DNA of 64,000 nt. Source: a virus. Where the stretch lies: positions 1-64,000 of the IMG/VR virus record IMGVR_UViG_3300025928_000005. One strand, 5' to 3'. Below are positions 34,135 to 43,914 of the stretch, piece by piece (position 1 is the stretch's first letter; each line of letters begins with the position of its first letter). A program made the translations under genes and the position numbers. The notes beneath the pieces are model-generated. The model saw only the letters and a program-made list of their open reading frames with translations. It made no database searches and was not told the DNA's origin.

Positions 34135-37100
34135 CAGGCGCTCCCTCGACCGAAGAGGGACAGGCCGTTGGTGGGGTTTCGCAGGTTGTAGCGCAGCGTC
34201 TGGGTTTGGGTGAGCTCCCGCAGCTGCTTCTCCGCGATCACCGAACCCTGCACGTTGTTGTTGATGACGAGGATGCCGCCGCCCGCGCCGCCGGCGGCGA
34301 GGCCGGCGGCGCCGCTGGGCAGGCCGAGGCCGAGTGGCGTCGTGGCGCCGCTGAGACCCGCGGTGAGGGTTCCCTTGACGGCGCTGACGGCGGACGTGAT
34401 GAGGTGGGAGTTGCTGGTCATGCCGAGGGCGATGCCCTCCACGATGCCGATGCCGACGGTGTCGGCCATGACCTTGGACGGCGAGTTGATGCCGAGGGCG
34501 TCCATGAAGCCCTGCTTGACGGCGCTGGCGAAGTCGGCGATGTTGCTCATCAGCCAGTTCCAGCCGCTGGTGATGCCGGACCACAGGCCGTGCACGATGT
34601 CGGCACCGGCGCTGAGAAGCCAGCTGCCCGCCGACTGCATCGGGTTCTTCACCGCGTTCTTGACGCTGTTGCCGCCGCCGGCCATGATGTTGGCGATGTC
34701 CCCGATCTTGTGCATGATGCCGTCGATGAAGCCCTGCACGAGGTCGCGGGCAGTGTTCTCGAGCCAGTGGTACGCGTCGCTGACCCAGCCCCTGATCTGG
34801 TTGGGGAGGTTCTGCCACCAGTTCTTGAGGTCGGTGAGCTTCTGGGCGAGGCCGTTGATGAAGCCGTTGACCGTGTCCTTGCCGGTCGTCAGCATCCACA
34901 CGCCGGCGTCGGCGGCGGCCTTCTTGATCTCGTTTGGGAGCTGGGTCGTGAAGAAGTCGGTGATCGACTTGACCTTGCTGTTGATGCCCTGACCGAGGTT
35001 GAGCATGAGGTCGCTGCCCCACTTGAACGCCTCACCGGCCGCGTGGCCGAGCGCGTAGCCGATGATGGTGGGCATGTTCTTGAACAGGAAGCCGATGTCA
35101 TCCAGGGTGCTCTTGACCTTGTCCCTCAGGGCCTGCATGGCCGCGCTCCACGCGGTCTGGATGTCCTTCTTGAGCTGGTCGACTGCCGTGGTGAAGAAGC
35201 CGGGGACGCTGTTGATGATCCGACCGAGGGTGATGAAGCCGTCCTGCGCGTGCTGAGGCAGCTGAAGCAGCGGGGTGATGAGGTCGTTGGCCTTGGTCGT
35301 GAGGTTGACGAAGGACTTCGCGGCGACGTCGAGGCCACTCGCGGCGAGGTTGAGGATGGCCGAGCCGATCTTGGCCGTGGCGTTGACGAAGGGCTCGGCG
35401 TCCTTGACCAGCTCGGTCAGGTTCTTGATGATCGGGACGAGCGAGGGAAGCGCGTCCTCGAACGCCTTCGCGAGGTTGATGACGGGCGGGATGAGGTCCG
35501 GCAGGACCTTCGCGATCTCCTTGAGGATCTCGTTGGCGAGGTCGGTGAGCGGCGGCAGCAGCGGCGTGAGGCCGTCGAGCAGGTTCTGAAACGCCTGTCC
35601 GAGATCGTTGCCGAGCTCGTCGGCGATCTTCTGCACCGTGGGCAGCAGCGGCTCGAGCGCCCTCAGAAAGTCGTCGATGTAGGTGACGACGACGGCGAGC
35701 GGCGGCGCGATGATCTTGAGCGCGTCGACGAGCAGCGAGCCGATGACCTTGACGAGGTCGTTGAAGACGGCGGCGAGCGGCCCCATGACCGGCCTCAGCG
35801 CCTGGAACGCGTCACCGATGGTCTTGATGATGCCCTTGAAGGCCTCGCCGATGTCGGTGTTCTTCGCCATGTCCTGAAAGGCGGTGTTCAGCATCTTGAA
35901 CAGGTCGATCGCGGCCGGCATCATGACGTTGCCGATGCTGATCGCCGTGGTCTCGAGCTGGGCCTTGAACTGCGAGAACACGAAGCTGAGGTTGTTCTGC
36001 ACCTCGGAGAAGCCGACGACGTTGCCCTGGGCGTCGGCGGTCGCGCCGCCGACCTTCGCGATGGCGGCGCTGAGGGTGTCGGCGTCGCCGCTCGTGACCT
36101 CGAGCGCGGCCTGCAGGCCGGGGGACGTGCCGATCAGCTTCTTCATCGCCTCGGGGACGGTCTGCCCCACGGCGGCGGCGTTCTTCTCCGCGACCTGCCG
36201 CAGCCACTCGAGGGTGCCGGAGAGCCCGTCCGTGCCGAGGTGCTGCCGCACGTCATCGGTCGTGATGTTGAGCTCGCCGAACTCCTTCTTCATCTGGTTC
36301 GTGGGGGCGATGAGGCTCTTGATCGCGGCGGCGACGTCCTGGGCGGCGCGCTGGGCGGTCGTGCCCTTCGCGGTCATCGCGGCCTCGACCGTGGCCACGT
36401 CCTGGAAGCTGAGGCCCACCGATTGGGCGATGGGCAGGACCGTGGAGAGGGACTTCGAGAAGGCGTCGAAGTTGGTCTTGCCGAAGGAGATGGCGGTGAC
36501 CATCTTGCTGGTGATGTCGCCGGCCTGGTCCGCGGTGAGGTTGTAGTCCTTCATGACCGTGGTGACGGCGTCGGCGACGTGGGTCAGGTCGGCGCCCTCG
36601 TCCTTGGCGCCCTCCGCGGCGGCCTGCATGACCTTGAGGCCGTCCGCGGCGTGGTAGCCGGCGGACTCGATGGGGTACATCGCCGCGGCCAGCTGGTTCG
36701 CGGTGAAGCCGACCTTCGAGGACATGTCGAGCAGGCCCTGGCTGACCATGCCCGTCGCCTGCTGCGACTCGCCGGCGCTGGTGACGAGCCGGGTGACGGC
36801 GGCCTGGAAGTCGCCGGCCATCGTGAGGCTTCCGGCCGCGACCCCGGCGACGGCGATGCCGGTCTTCTCGGCGAGGCCCGCGATGGTGGCGCCGACGCCG
36901 TCGAGCAGGCCACTGGAGGCGGAGGCTCTCGACGCGGCGCCCTCGCTCGCGGCCGCCGCGGCGTCCTGGGAGGCCGCGGCGGCGTCGGCGGCGGCACCGA
37001 GGCGGTCGAAGGAGGCCGCGGCCTCGTCGGCGGCAACCGCGATCGCGGTCGCGGACTCCTCCATCGCGGCCGACGCCTCCGTCGCCGCGGACGCGATGGT

Positions 37101-37247
37101 CGCGGCGAACTCGTCCACCATCGCGCTGGCGTCGACCATGGCCGCGTCGAGCTCCGTGAGGGACTCGATCGAGACCTGCATGCCCTCGAGCCACTGCGCG
37201 GTGTTGACGATGAGGTCGAGGACCGCGGGAGGCAGCTCCTCAGCCAC
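34134..37247 (-). CDS. tape measure protein
   Basis: About 1040 aa, Ala/Leu helical; TP901-like core, LGINSPSKVM motif. Confidence 0.93.
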   Translation of the reverse strand: MAEELPPAVLDLIVNTAQWLEGMQVSIESLTELDAAMVDASAMVDEFAATIASAATEASAAMEESATAIAVAADEAAASFDRLGAAADAAAASQDAAAAASEGAASRASASSGLLDGVGATIAGLAEKTGIAVAGVAAGSLTMAGDFQAAVTRLVTSAGESQQATGMVSQGLLDMSSKVGFTANQLAAAMYPIESAGYHAADGLKVMQAAAEGAKDEGADLTHVADAVTTVMKDYNLTADQAGDITSKMVTAISFGKTNFDAFSKSLSTVLPIAQSVGLSFQDVATVEAAMTAKGTTAQRAAQDVAAAIKSLIAPTNQMKKEFGELNITTDDVRQHLGTDGLSGTLEWLRQVAEKNAAAVGQTVPEAMKKLIGTSPGLQAALEVTSGDADTLSAAIAKVGGATADAQGNVVGFSEVQNNLSFVFSQFKAQLETTAISIGNVMMPAAIDLFKMLNTAFQDMAKNTDIGEAFKGIIKTIGDAFQALRPVMGPLAAVFNDLVKVIGSLLVDALKIIAPPLAVVVTYIDDFLRALEPLLPTVQKIADELGNDLGQAFQNLLDGLTPLLPPLTDLANEILKEIAKVLPDLIPPVINLAKAFEDALPSLVPIIKNLTELVKDAEPFVNATAKIGSAILNLAASGLDVAAKSFVNLTTKANDLITPLLQLPQHAQDGFITLGRIINSVPGFFTTAVDQLKKDIQTAWSAAMQALRDKVKSTLDDIGFLFKNMPTIIGYALGHAAGEAFKWGSDLMLNLGQGINSKVKSITDFFTTQLPNEIKKAAADAGVWMLTTGKDTVNGFINGLAQKLTDLKNWWQNLPNQIRGWVSDAYHWLENTARDLVQGFIDGIMHKIGDIANIMAGGGNSVKNAVKNPMQSAGSWLLSAGADIVHGLWSGITSGWNWLMSNIADFASAVKQGFMDALGINSPSKVMADTVGIGIVEGIALGMTSNSHLITSAVSAVKGTLTAGLSGATTPLGLGLPSGAAGLAAGGAGGGILVINNNVQGSVIAEKQLRELTQTQTLRYNLRNPTNGLSLFGRGSA

Positions 37248-37665
37248 CGCTGATCGCCTCACCGATCACGACGAGCGCGACCTCGTAGGCCTCGGTGGCC
37301 GCGGCCTCCCAGGCCGGGATCAGGTAGGGTCGGGAGGGAAGCTCGGTCGAGTAGCCGGGTCCCGCCGTGCCGCCGAGCTCCTGGATGCGGGCGTAGGGCG
37401 CCGTGGCGCCCACCTGGACGACGCCGTCGCCGAGCACGCTGACCTCGAGGCTGCCGGCCAGGTGGCCGGTGATCATCGCCGGTGGCTCACCCGGTGGTGC
37501 GGGGGTGGGCGTGCCGAGCGCGTGGGAGGTGCGGGTGAGCTGGGTGCGGGCCTCCCGGGCCACGGCCTCACCCATCGCCTCGGCGGCCGGCGTGGCCGCG
37601 GCCACGCCGGCGGTCATGATCAGACCGAGCGCGTCGATCGCCGCCCGGGCCCCGGTGCTCGCCAC
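37240..37665 (-). CDS. HK97 gp10-like neck/tail-completion protein
   Basis: PGEPPAMITGHLAGS, APYARIQELGG, LPSRPYL. Confidence 0.8.
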   Translation of the reverse strand: MASTGARAAIDALGLIMTAGVAAATPAAEAMGEAVAREARTQLTRTSHALGTPTPAPPGEPPAMITGHLAGSLEVSVLGDGVVQVGATAPYARIQELGGTAGPGYSTELPSRPYLIPAWEAAATEAYEVALVVIGEAISGG

Positions 37666-37667
37666 GG

Positions 37668-37934
37668 TCACCTCCTGATCGGTCCGTGCGTGGAGTTGGC
37701 TTGCTGCTTGCTGCGGAACTCGTGGGCCTCGTGCGCCGCCTCCTCCACGGTCGGCAGCCACTCGAGGGCCTCGATGGGTAGGGCGTCAACCTGGTCCGGG
37801 GTCCAGCCGTAGACCTTCGCGTACCAGCGCCACAGGAGCACCCGCTCCGGCATCCCCTCCGGCAGGGGCACGTGCTGTTGCCCCTGGCTGAGGAAGAAGG
37901 CGACTAGCCGGCGGCGGGCGTCTCGCGGTTTGGG
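37668..37934 (-). CDS. tail assembly chaperone, -1 frameshift extension
   Basis: GWTPDQVDALP motif; entered via C CCA AAC slippery site. Confidence 0.75.
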   Translation of the reverse strand, partial: PKPRDARRRLVAFFLSQGQQHVPLPEGMPERVLLWRWYAKVYGWTPDQVDALPIEALEWLPTVEEAAHEAHEFRSKQQANSTHGPIRR

Positions 37935-38251
37935 AGCTTGGCCGTCACCCGCTTGAGGAGGGCGTCGGTCTTGGCGTGGAGCTCCAGGTAGTCGTCGAGG
38001 TCCAGGGCGGCGACCGCGTCGACGCCGCCGCCCTGGCTCGGGATCGGCTCGGGGTAGGACCACCCCGTGATGATGTTCGCGAGCAGGGTGTCATGCATGC
38101 GGTCGGTGAGGTCGCCGCCCACCTCCTGCTCGATGCGGTCGTCACCCTGCTTGACCGTGATGCGAACCAGGGTGTTGACCGCGGTGCGGTCGCCGCCCTG
38201 CAGCCTGTCTCGGACCTCGACCCAGCTGCCGCTGGACAGCTCCACTCGCAT
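37904..38251 (-). CDS. tail assembly chaperone
   Basis: Directly downstream of tail tube gene; carries slippery heptamer near its 3' end. Confidence 0.85.
   Translation of the reverse strand: MRVELSSGSWVEVRDRLQGGDRTAVNTLVRITVKQGDDRIEQEVGGDLTDRMHDTLLANIITGWSYPEPIPSQGGGVDAVAALDLDDYLELHAKTDALLKRVTAKLPNRETPAAG
37928..37934 (-). other. programmed -1 frameshift site C CCA AAC
   Basis: X XXY YYZ in the correct frame; the -1 frame is open to 37668. Confidence 0.75.
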
Positions 38252-38263
38252 AGCTCCTCCGAC

Positions 38264-39490
38264 CTAGTACGGCGCGTAGTTGTTGGTGACGATGACGGTG
38301 ACGGGGCCGAGGCCGCCGGAGCCGCCGCTGTTGCTGCTGTTGGCGACGGCCGTGATGCCGTCGTCGTAGCCGACGAGGACGCCGCCGCGGTTGATCTTGG
38401 ACTTGATGAACGCGGCCTGAGCCATCACGAACGTGTAGTTGATGTGGCTGGTGCCGCTGAGGCCGTTGTCGACGTTGATGACGACGGCAGGCTGGGTGTT
38501 GTTCAGATACTGCAGGAGGGCGGTCTCGTCGTAGGCGACGCTGAAGTTCAGGGTGCCGGACGCGTCGAGGGGGCCGCGGGCGATGATGTACGGGTTCTGG
38601 AAGCCCTGGTTGGTCCAGTAGACCTGCAGCGTGCGCTTGATCGTCATGGCCCACTGGCCGATGTCGTAGATCGCGGACGAGCCGATCGTGATGTTGGTGC
38701 GCCAGGCCGGGATCGGCACCACGAAGTTGCTGCTGATGGTGGGGGTCGAGGCGGCGGGCTGGCTGATCCAGGAGTTGCCGGACACCTTCGCCATGAACAG
38801 CGCCTCGGCGCTGCCGGTGAAGTCGATCTGGCTGACGCACAGGGACGGGTAGGACCGCGCGCCCACCGTGGTGGTGAGGGCGGTATAGTCCGTCGCGGTG
38901 TGGGTGGGCGGCTGGCCGGTGCCGCTGTTGAGGATGTTGAACCGGTGCGTGTAGGACCCGGACACCGTCTGCACGGTGGCGTTGTTGGCGTGGTTGAACC
39001 GCAGCGGGTAGCCGGTGAACGTGAGCGAGTTGCCGGCGGCCGCGGAGAGCTTGACCACCTCGGCGAGGTTGCCGACGTCGATCTGCACGTTCTGGCTGGC
39101 GGCGAAGCCGGCGGTCGTGCCGACGGTGACGTTGGTGTTGCCGGCCGAGCTGGCGGCGGACGTGTTGGAGGTGCCGCCGATGGCGGGCTGGCCGCTGGTG
39201 GACAGGTCACCGAACGCGTTGTCGAGGAAGTAGCCGTAGACGTCGCCGAAGACGGGGCCACCGTAGTTGAACGTCGCGTCCTCGACGCCCTGGATCTCCT
39301 GGTAGACGAGGGCCATGGAGCCGCGGATCGCCTCGTCGGGGAGGTACTTGACGAGGTCCTCGGGCTCGTAGGTGCCCTTGTCGAGGGGGATCGTGACGAC
39401 CGGCAGGACCGGGTTGCCGACGGTGGTCTCGCGGGCGATCCCCAGCCAGGTCTTGGTGGAGGGCGAGACGAAGGGTGGGATGTTGCTCAT
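38264..39490 (-). CDS. major tail tube protein
   Basis: WLGIARETTVG, YTHRF; precedes chaperones and tape measure. Confidence 0.85.
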   Translation of the reverse strand: MSNIPPFVSPSTKTWLGIARETTVGNPVLPVVTIPLDKGTYEPEDLVKYLPDEAIRGSMALVYQEIQGVEDATFNYGGPVFGDVYGYFLDNAFGDLSTSGQPAIGGTSNTSAASSAGNTNVTVGTTAGFAASQNVQIDVGNLAEVVKLSAAAGNSLTFTGYPLRFNHANNATVQTVSGSYTHRFNILNSGTGQPPTHTATDYTALTTTVGARSYPSLCVSQIDFTGSAEALFMAKVSGNSWISQPAASTPTISSNFVVPIPAWRTNITIGSSAIYDIGQWAMTIKRTLQVYWTNQGFQNPYIIARGPLDASGTLNFSVAYDETALLQYLNNTQPAVVINVDNGLSGTSHINYTFVMAQAAFIKSKINRGGVLVGYDDGITAVANSSNSGGSGGLGPVTVIVTNNYAPY

Positions 39491-39536
39491 CGAGCGCCTC
39501 CAGTCGGGATGGCTGAGGTCACACAGCTCCTTCTCA

Positions 39537-40058
39537 CTAGGCTGCGAACACCTCGTTGATCACGAGCGTGATCAAGGCATCGTAGCGGTTGTACCGCTGG
39601 TCCACGAGCGCCCGGAGCGTGATCTGGTAGTCCATGACCTCACCCACGTCGATCAGGTAGCTCTCCCGGTTGGTCCACGGGTCGAGCAGGACCGGCGTGG
39701 TGTCGGGTGAGAGCCGCAGCTTCTCCATCACCCAGTCGACCATCCCAGGGAAGAGCGTGTCGGCGTCGGGATCGTCATCCTGCCCGAACCACACGAGGTA
39801 GACGTCGAGGCGGTGCTGCTGGGTCTTGAGCCCGGCGGCAGAGTTCGGAGACGTGGTAGCGCGTGGAATGGTGCCGCCGTGGGCGGGGTTGCGGTTCTCC
39901 CGGCCCCGGGAGGGCCACACGTACGCCTGCGGGACGTTCGCGTCGACGTTGGGATCGGGTGGGGTGATCTGGCACTGCAGGGCCGGCAGGTTCGTGATGG
40001 GCCACGTGAGGCCGTTCAGGAGCTCGCTGACGTAGACCTGCGTGGTGTTGATCGGCAC
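39537..40058 (-). CDS. tail terminator-like protein
   Basis: 173 aa just upstream of tail tube; GGGAGG RBS. Confidence 0.65.
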   Translation of the reverse strand: MPINTTQVYVSELLNGLTWPITNLPALQCQITPPDPNVDANVPQAYVWPSRGRENRNPAHGGTIPRATTSPNSAAGLKTQQHRLDVYLVWFGQDDDPDADTLFPGMVDWVMEKLRLSPDTTPVLLDPWTNRESYLIDVGEVMDYQITLRALVDQRYNRYDALITLVINEVFAA

Positions 40059-40073
40059 CGGCGGTCCTCCCTC

Positions 40074-40493
40074 TCAGCGACGTCGACGACCTTGCCGGCG
40101 GCCGCGTCGCCCGGCGTGGTGACGGTGCGCGTGGTGGACCACGTGCGAGTGTCTCTTGTGGTGAAAGCCCTTGCGCACGTGCCGGCGGTGCGTGTAGTGG
40201 GCGCGGCGACGGGCGTGGTGCTCGGCGGCGCGGCGCTTCTTCTCCGCGTGACGCCTGCGCGTGTAGTGGGCGCGAACGACGCGGTGCGTGAACCTGCGCT
40301 TGCCGTGGCTTCCCTTGTGAGGGTGCCGGTGGCCGGCGGTGCGGTGCCGGTGGGAGTGGCGCAGCACGTGTCGGTGTCGGGCCACGTGGGCGCGACGGTG
40401 AGCTCGCCGCGCCGCGCCGCGAGCGTGGTGAACGTTGCGGGCGCGGGAGTGCCGCCCGGCCGGGTGCAGGCCGAGCGTGCGGTGAAACGCCAC
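40074..40493 (-). CDS. His/Arg-rich protamine-like protein
   Basis: 139 aa, about 40 R, 33 H, 6 K, 2 E, 0 D; codons GC3-rich in this frame; fills the gap. Confidence 0.75.
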   Translation of the reverse strand: MAFHRTLGLHPAGRHSRARNVHHARGAARRAHRRAHVARHRHVLRHSHRHRTAGHRHPHKGSHGKRRFTHRVVRAHYTRRRHAEKKRRAAEHHARRRAHYTHRRHVRKGFHHKRHSHVVHHAHRHHAGRRGRRQGRRRR

Positions 40494-41441
40494 CTACACG
40501 GTGCGCCGGAAGGGATCGAGCAGAAGCTCGGCCTCCCCGGCGAGGTCGGCGGGGCTCTTGACGCCGGCGGTGCTGCCGCCGCCACCGGGGATGGTCTGTA
40601 CCGTGGTGGCCGTGGCGCCGCGGGTGAGGGCGATGCTGCTGCCGTAGAGGATGACGGCCCAGATCACGGACTGCGGCAGGGTGGACACCATGACGCCGGC
40701 GGCGTGGGCGTACTGCAGGGGCGCGCTCAGCGTCAGGGAGCCGGGGCCGGCGACCGCGGAGGCGGCGGTGACGTGCGCGACCTCCTGGCTGCCGGAGTCG
40801 AACACGGTGCCGGTCGCGCCGGTGACCCCGAGCGCCTCGGAGGTGACCGCCCAACCGGTGCAGTCGTCGACCTGGAGGGTCGTCGCGCCGGCGGAGGTGG
40901 GGGCGGTGAGGGACGTGTGCGGCCAGCCGTTGATGTACTGGCACTTGACGACGTAGCCGTTGCGGCCGAGCGCCCAGTTGACCCAGCCGGGGGCGAAGAC
41001 GATGGACTGGCCGCCCTCGCCGGCGGCGGATGGGGCGCTGGAGCCGTAGACGCCGATGACGGGGTGCTCGATGTCGTAGGCGTTGGTGGGCAGGATGGCG
41101 TACTGCCGAGGGAAGACGTTGGGGGAGACCGCGAGGCTGACGATCTGCAGGACGGGCCAGCGCTGCAGGATGAAGCGGCCGTTGCCGGTGCCGTTCTGGA
41201 CCGTGATGCGGAAGTCGGGGCCCTGCTGGATCTCGGTGTCGAGCGTGGCCCGCAGCACCTGGTTGCAGTAGGTGTCGGCCTCGCCGGTCGCGCGGGCGCA
41301 GATGTTGGCCTGCTCCGCGAGCTGTTGGGCGGGCGTGGTGCCGCGGCCGGGCGGGATGGAGGACCACGAGATGCCGGTGGGCGCGGACGTGAGCAGCTCG
41401 GGCGTGACGTAGGGGGTGAGGGGGCCGACCGGCAGCGTCAC
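40494..41441 (-). CDS. head-to-tail adaptor
   Basis: PYVTPE, ATGEADTYCNQ, YINGWP, ends AELLLDPFRR. Confidence 0.8.
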   Translation of the reverse strand: MTLPVGPLTPYVTPELLTSAPTGISWSSIPPGRGTTPAQQLAEQANICARATGEADTYCNQVLRATLDTEIQQGPDFRITVQNGTGNGRFILQRWPVLQIVSLAVSPNVFPRQYAILPTNAYDIEHPVIGVYGSSAPSAAGEGGQSIVFAPGWVNWALGRNGYVVKCQYINGWPHTSLTAPTSAGATTLQVDDCTGWAVTSEALGVTGATGTVFDSGSQEVAHVTAASAVAGPGSLTLSAPLQYAHAAGVMVSTLPQSVIWAVILYGSSIALTRGATATTVQTIPGGGGSTAGVKSPADLAGEAELLLDPFRRTV

Positions 41442-41629
41442 GTGGTCACCGTTCTCTCAGCCTTGATGCACTTGCGGCACAGGTAGCCGTCGCGGTCGGT
41501 GACCCAGATCGCGTGCTTGACGCAGAGCGGCACGAGGCAGGCCACGCACTGGGTGAAGGGCTGGGTGGAGGCGGCGCGCCTGCCGCGGCGAACGGTCCCG
41601 CACCGGCCGCAGACGCCCCGCCTCGACAC
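41438..41629 (-). CDS. small Zn-finger protein
   Basis: CGRC, CVAC, CVKH, CRKC. Confidence 0.65.
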   Translation of the reverse strand: MSRRGVCGRCGTVRRGRRAASTQPFTQCVACLVPLCVKHAIWVTDRDGYLCRKCIKAERTVTT

Positions 41630-41632
41630 TCG

Positions 41633-42265
41633 CTATCCCGCCTGAGTCAGCCGCTCGAGGAGCTGGGCGCGGTTGCCGGTGTCGGCCACACCGCGGTCTC
41701 GCGCGAGGGCTCGCAGGTCCTTGACGGTGAGCTTGCTCAGGTTCACCGGCTCGTCGTCCTCGAGCAGGTCGGGGACGAGCTCCGCGGCCTCACTCGTCAC
41801 CGACGACACCTGGGTGCGGTTGGGGGACGCGACACCCGTCGGGTTGTCCTTGGTGGCTCCCACCGGCGGCTCCTCCGGGGAGCTGGTCAGGGCGGTGAGC
41901 GCCTTGGTGACCTCGGGGTTGATGCCAGCCAGCGCCGTGGTCATGATCGCCATCAGCTTCTGCATGCCCTCCTGGGAGGACGCGAGGCTGGCGATCGACG
42001 TCTGCAGGCTCGCCGCGATGTTCTTCTCGCCGCGCTTCTCCTGCAGCTCGCGGAGCTTGGCCTCGTCGGGGGTCTCCGGGATCTCCTCGGTGTCGGCGGC
42101 CCAGTGCGGGTCCTTGCGCAGGTGGTTCTCGCACGCGGGGCAGCTCAGCGCCCACACCTTGGCCGGGGAGCCGTGGGTCACCGGCCGCGAGTGCGTGGCT
42201 CCACACCCCCCGTGGTCCCTCGACAGAGCGACGCTCATGACGTCACTCCGGGCGAACAGGGTCAC
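41633..42265 (-). CDS. protein with C-terminal SAP/HeH domain
   Basis: LSKLTVKDLRALARDRGVADTGNRAQLLERL; N-terminal C..H..CPAC; GAGGAGG RBS. Confidence 0.75.
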   Translation of the reverse strand: MTLFARSDVMSVALSRDHGGCGATHSRPVTHGSPAKVWALSCPACENHLRKDPHWAADTEEIPETPDEAKLRELQEKRGEKNIAASLQTSIASLASSQEGMQKLMAIMTTALAGINPEVTKALTALTSSPEEPPVGATKDNPTGVASPNRTQVSSVTSEAAELVPDLLEDDEPVNLSKLTVKDLRALARDRGVADTGNRAQLLERLTQAG

Positions 42266-42552
42266 GGTTCCTCCTCGATTGACTTGACGGTGTATCCCTT
42301 TTCCCGGCACTCGGGACAGGCAGCGACCGTGGCCTCAAACCGCGCTCGCGCCCACCGTCCCGCCGCCTCCCACGTCTCCTCGGACGCGTCGGGAGCCGGC
42401 AAGCCGCCGACCACGTAGTGGCCGCGGAGGTGCCACCGCATCTCTCTCACGGCCTCGTCGAGCTCAGGCTCACCGACGGGTGCGGGGAGGATCGGGCTGA
42501 ACGGTGGGAAGACCGAGCTCTTCAGGTCGATCTCACTCTCACGCTCGGTCAC
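42262..42552 (-). CDS. hypothetical protein
   Basis: 96 aa, GTGA-coupled. Confidence 0.6.
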   Translation of the reverse strand: MTERESEIDLKSSVFPPFSPILPAPVGEPELDEAVREMRWHLRGHYVVGGLPAPDASEETWEAAGRWARARFEATVAACPECREKGYTVKSIEEEP

Positions 42553-42731
42553 CGACGTCCCTTGCTGATCGGGTAGATCAGCGATGCGGGCTGTGTCAGG
42601 TCATACCACGAGCCGAACTCCCTATAGAACAGGTGCCCGTGGCAGTCGTCGCATCGCCAGTGTGAGTGCTCTCGCTTCTCGTCGCAGATGTCCGGGCAGG
42701 GAATCTGAGCGCACTCGTGCTCGGTCACCAC
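42549..42731 (-). CDS. small Cys/His protein
   Basis: 60 aa, fills gap. Confidence 0.55.
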   Translation of the reverse strand: MVTEHECAQIPCPDICDEKREHSHWRCDDCHGHLFYREFGSWYDLTQPASLIYPISKGRR

Positions 42732-43348
42732 CGGTCGCCCCGTCCGGACGTGTTTCCCGTCACCCCAGGCGCGCCCATACCGTGGTGGTACCAGTACCAG
42801 GTGCGGCGGGGCACGTGGTGAACCCTCGCGCCGGCCTTGCAGCAGTTGACGGTGAACTCGAAGTCCTCGCCATAGACCTGACCGTCAACCATCTCGCCCT
42901 GCGGCGGCGCGATGCCGACGGCCTGCGCGAGCTCGGTGCGGACGAGCGTGGTGACCGTGGTCTGGTGCGGGTCGTTGACGTCGAACGGGCGGCCGAGGTG
43001 GCCGAGCGGGTCGACGTCGGGACGGTCGTTGTTGGCGGCGTCCCGCACCATGTAGTACGAGTAGACGTAGTCCGCGCCCGTCTCGAGCGCCGCGCAGTAC
43101 AGGATCTCGAGGTGGTTGGGCATGAACGCGTCGTCGTCGTCGAGGAACGCGACCCACTCGGTTCGGACGGCGTCAAGGGCGCGCTGCCGCGTGACGCCGG
43201 CGCCGGCGTGCGTGGTGTCCTGGGCGATGGAGACGCTCCACGCGGGCAGGGTCTGCTGACTGACCGACTGCACCGCGCGAAGGAGGTGGTCTCGCCGCGG
43301 CGGGATCGTGGGGATGCAGACGGTGATGTCACCCTTGGCGGTTCTCAC
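42725..43348 (-). CDS. GT2-family glycosyltransferase
   Basis: ITVCIPT, WVAFLDDDD, GEDFEF. Confidence 0.9.
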   Translation of the reverse strand: MRTAKGDITVCIPTIPPRRDHLLRAVQSVSQQTLPAWSVSIAQDTTHAGAGVTRQRALDAVRTEWVAFLDDDDAFMPNHLEILYCAALETGADYVYSYYMVRDAANNDRPDVDPLGHLGRPFDVNDPHQTTVTTLVRTELAQAVGIAPPQGEMVDGQVYGEDFEFTVNCCKAGARVHHVPRRTWYWYHHGMGAPGVTGNTSGRGDRW

Positions 43349-43914
43349 GGCCGCCTCCGACACGCGTGGATCTGATAGTCGTAGGTCCAACCGGGAAGCT
43401 CGAGAACGCTGCTGACAACCGTCTCCCAGCCGGCGTTCTCGAGCATGTCGGTGACGTCGACCGTGTCCCAACCCCAGTAGTGCTCGAGGTTGCCGACCTC
43501 AGCCGTCTCACCGATCGGGGTCGACACAACCAGCGTCTCCGCAACCTGACCGATCTCGTAGAGAACGGTGTCCGGGTCATCGAGGTGCTCGATCGTTTCC
43601 GAGCAGATGAAGAGATCGACGTTGGGAACCAGGTGGATCGTCTTCTCGATCGGACCGGTGTACTGATAGCCGGGTGCGAGGTCACCGAGGTGCTCGGACA
43701 GCTTCGGCAGACCGAGACTGCCCGTGATCGCGCCGTCACCACACGACAGGTCCGCGACCGTGGAGCAGCCGTACTGCGCCGTCACCCACCGCGCGATGCT
43801 GGACGTGACGGCGACGCGCAGGTGATGGTCGGCCCACCGGGTGTGGTCGTGTGGCGTCGCGTAGATCCGCGCGAGCGTCTCGTCGGAGTGCTTGGGCCGC
43901 AGGCGGGTTCTCAC
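43345..43914 (-). CDS. class I SAM-dependent methyltransferase
   Basis: VADLSCGDG, CSETIEHLDDP, VVSTP. Confidence 0.85.
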   Translation of the reverse strand: MRTRLRPKHSDETLARIYATPHDHTRWADHHLRVAVTSSIARWVTAQYGCSTVADLSCGDGAITGSLGLPKLSEHLGDLAPGYQYTGPIEKTIHLVPNVDLFICSETIEHLDDPDTVLYEIGQVAETLVVSTPIGETAEVGNLEHYWGWDTVDVTDMLENAGWETVVSSVLELPGWTYDYQIHACRRRP

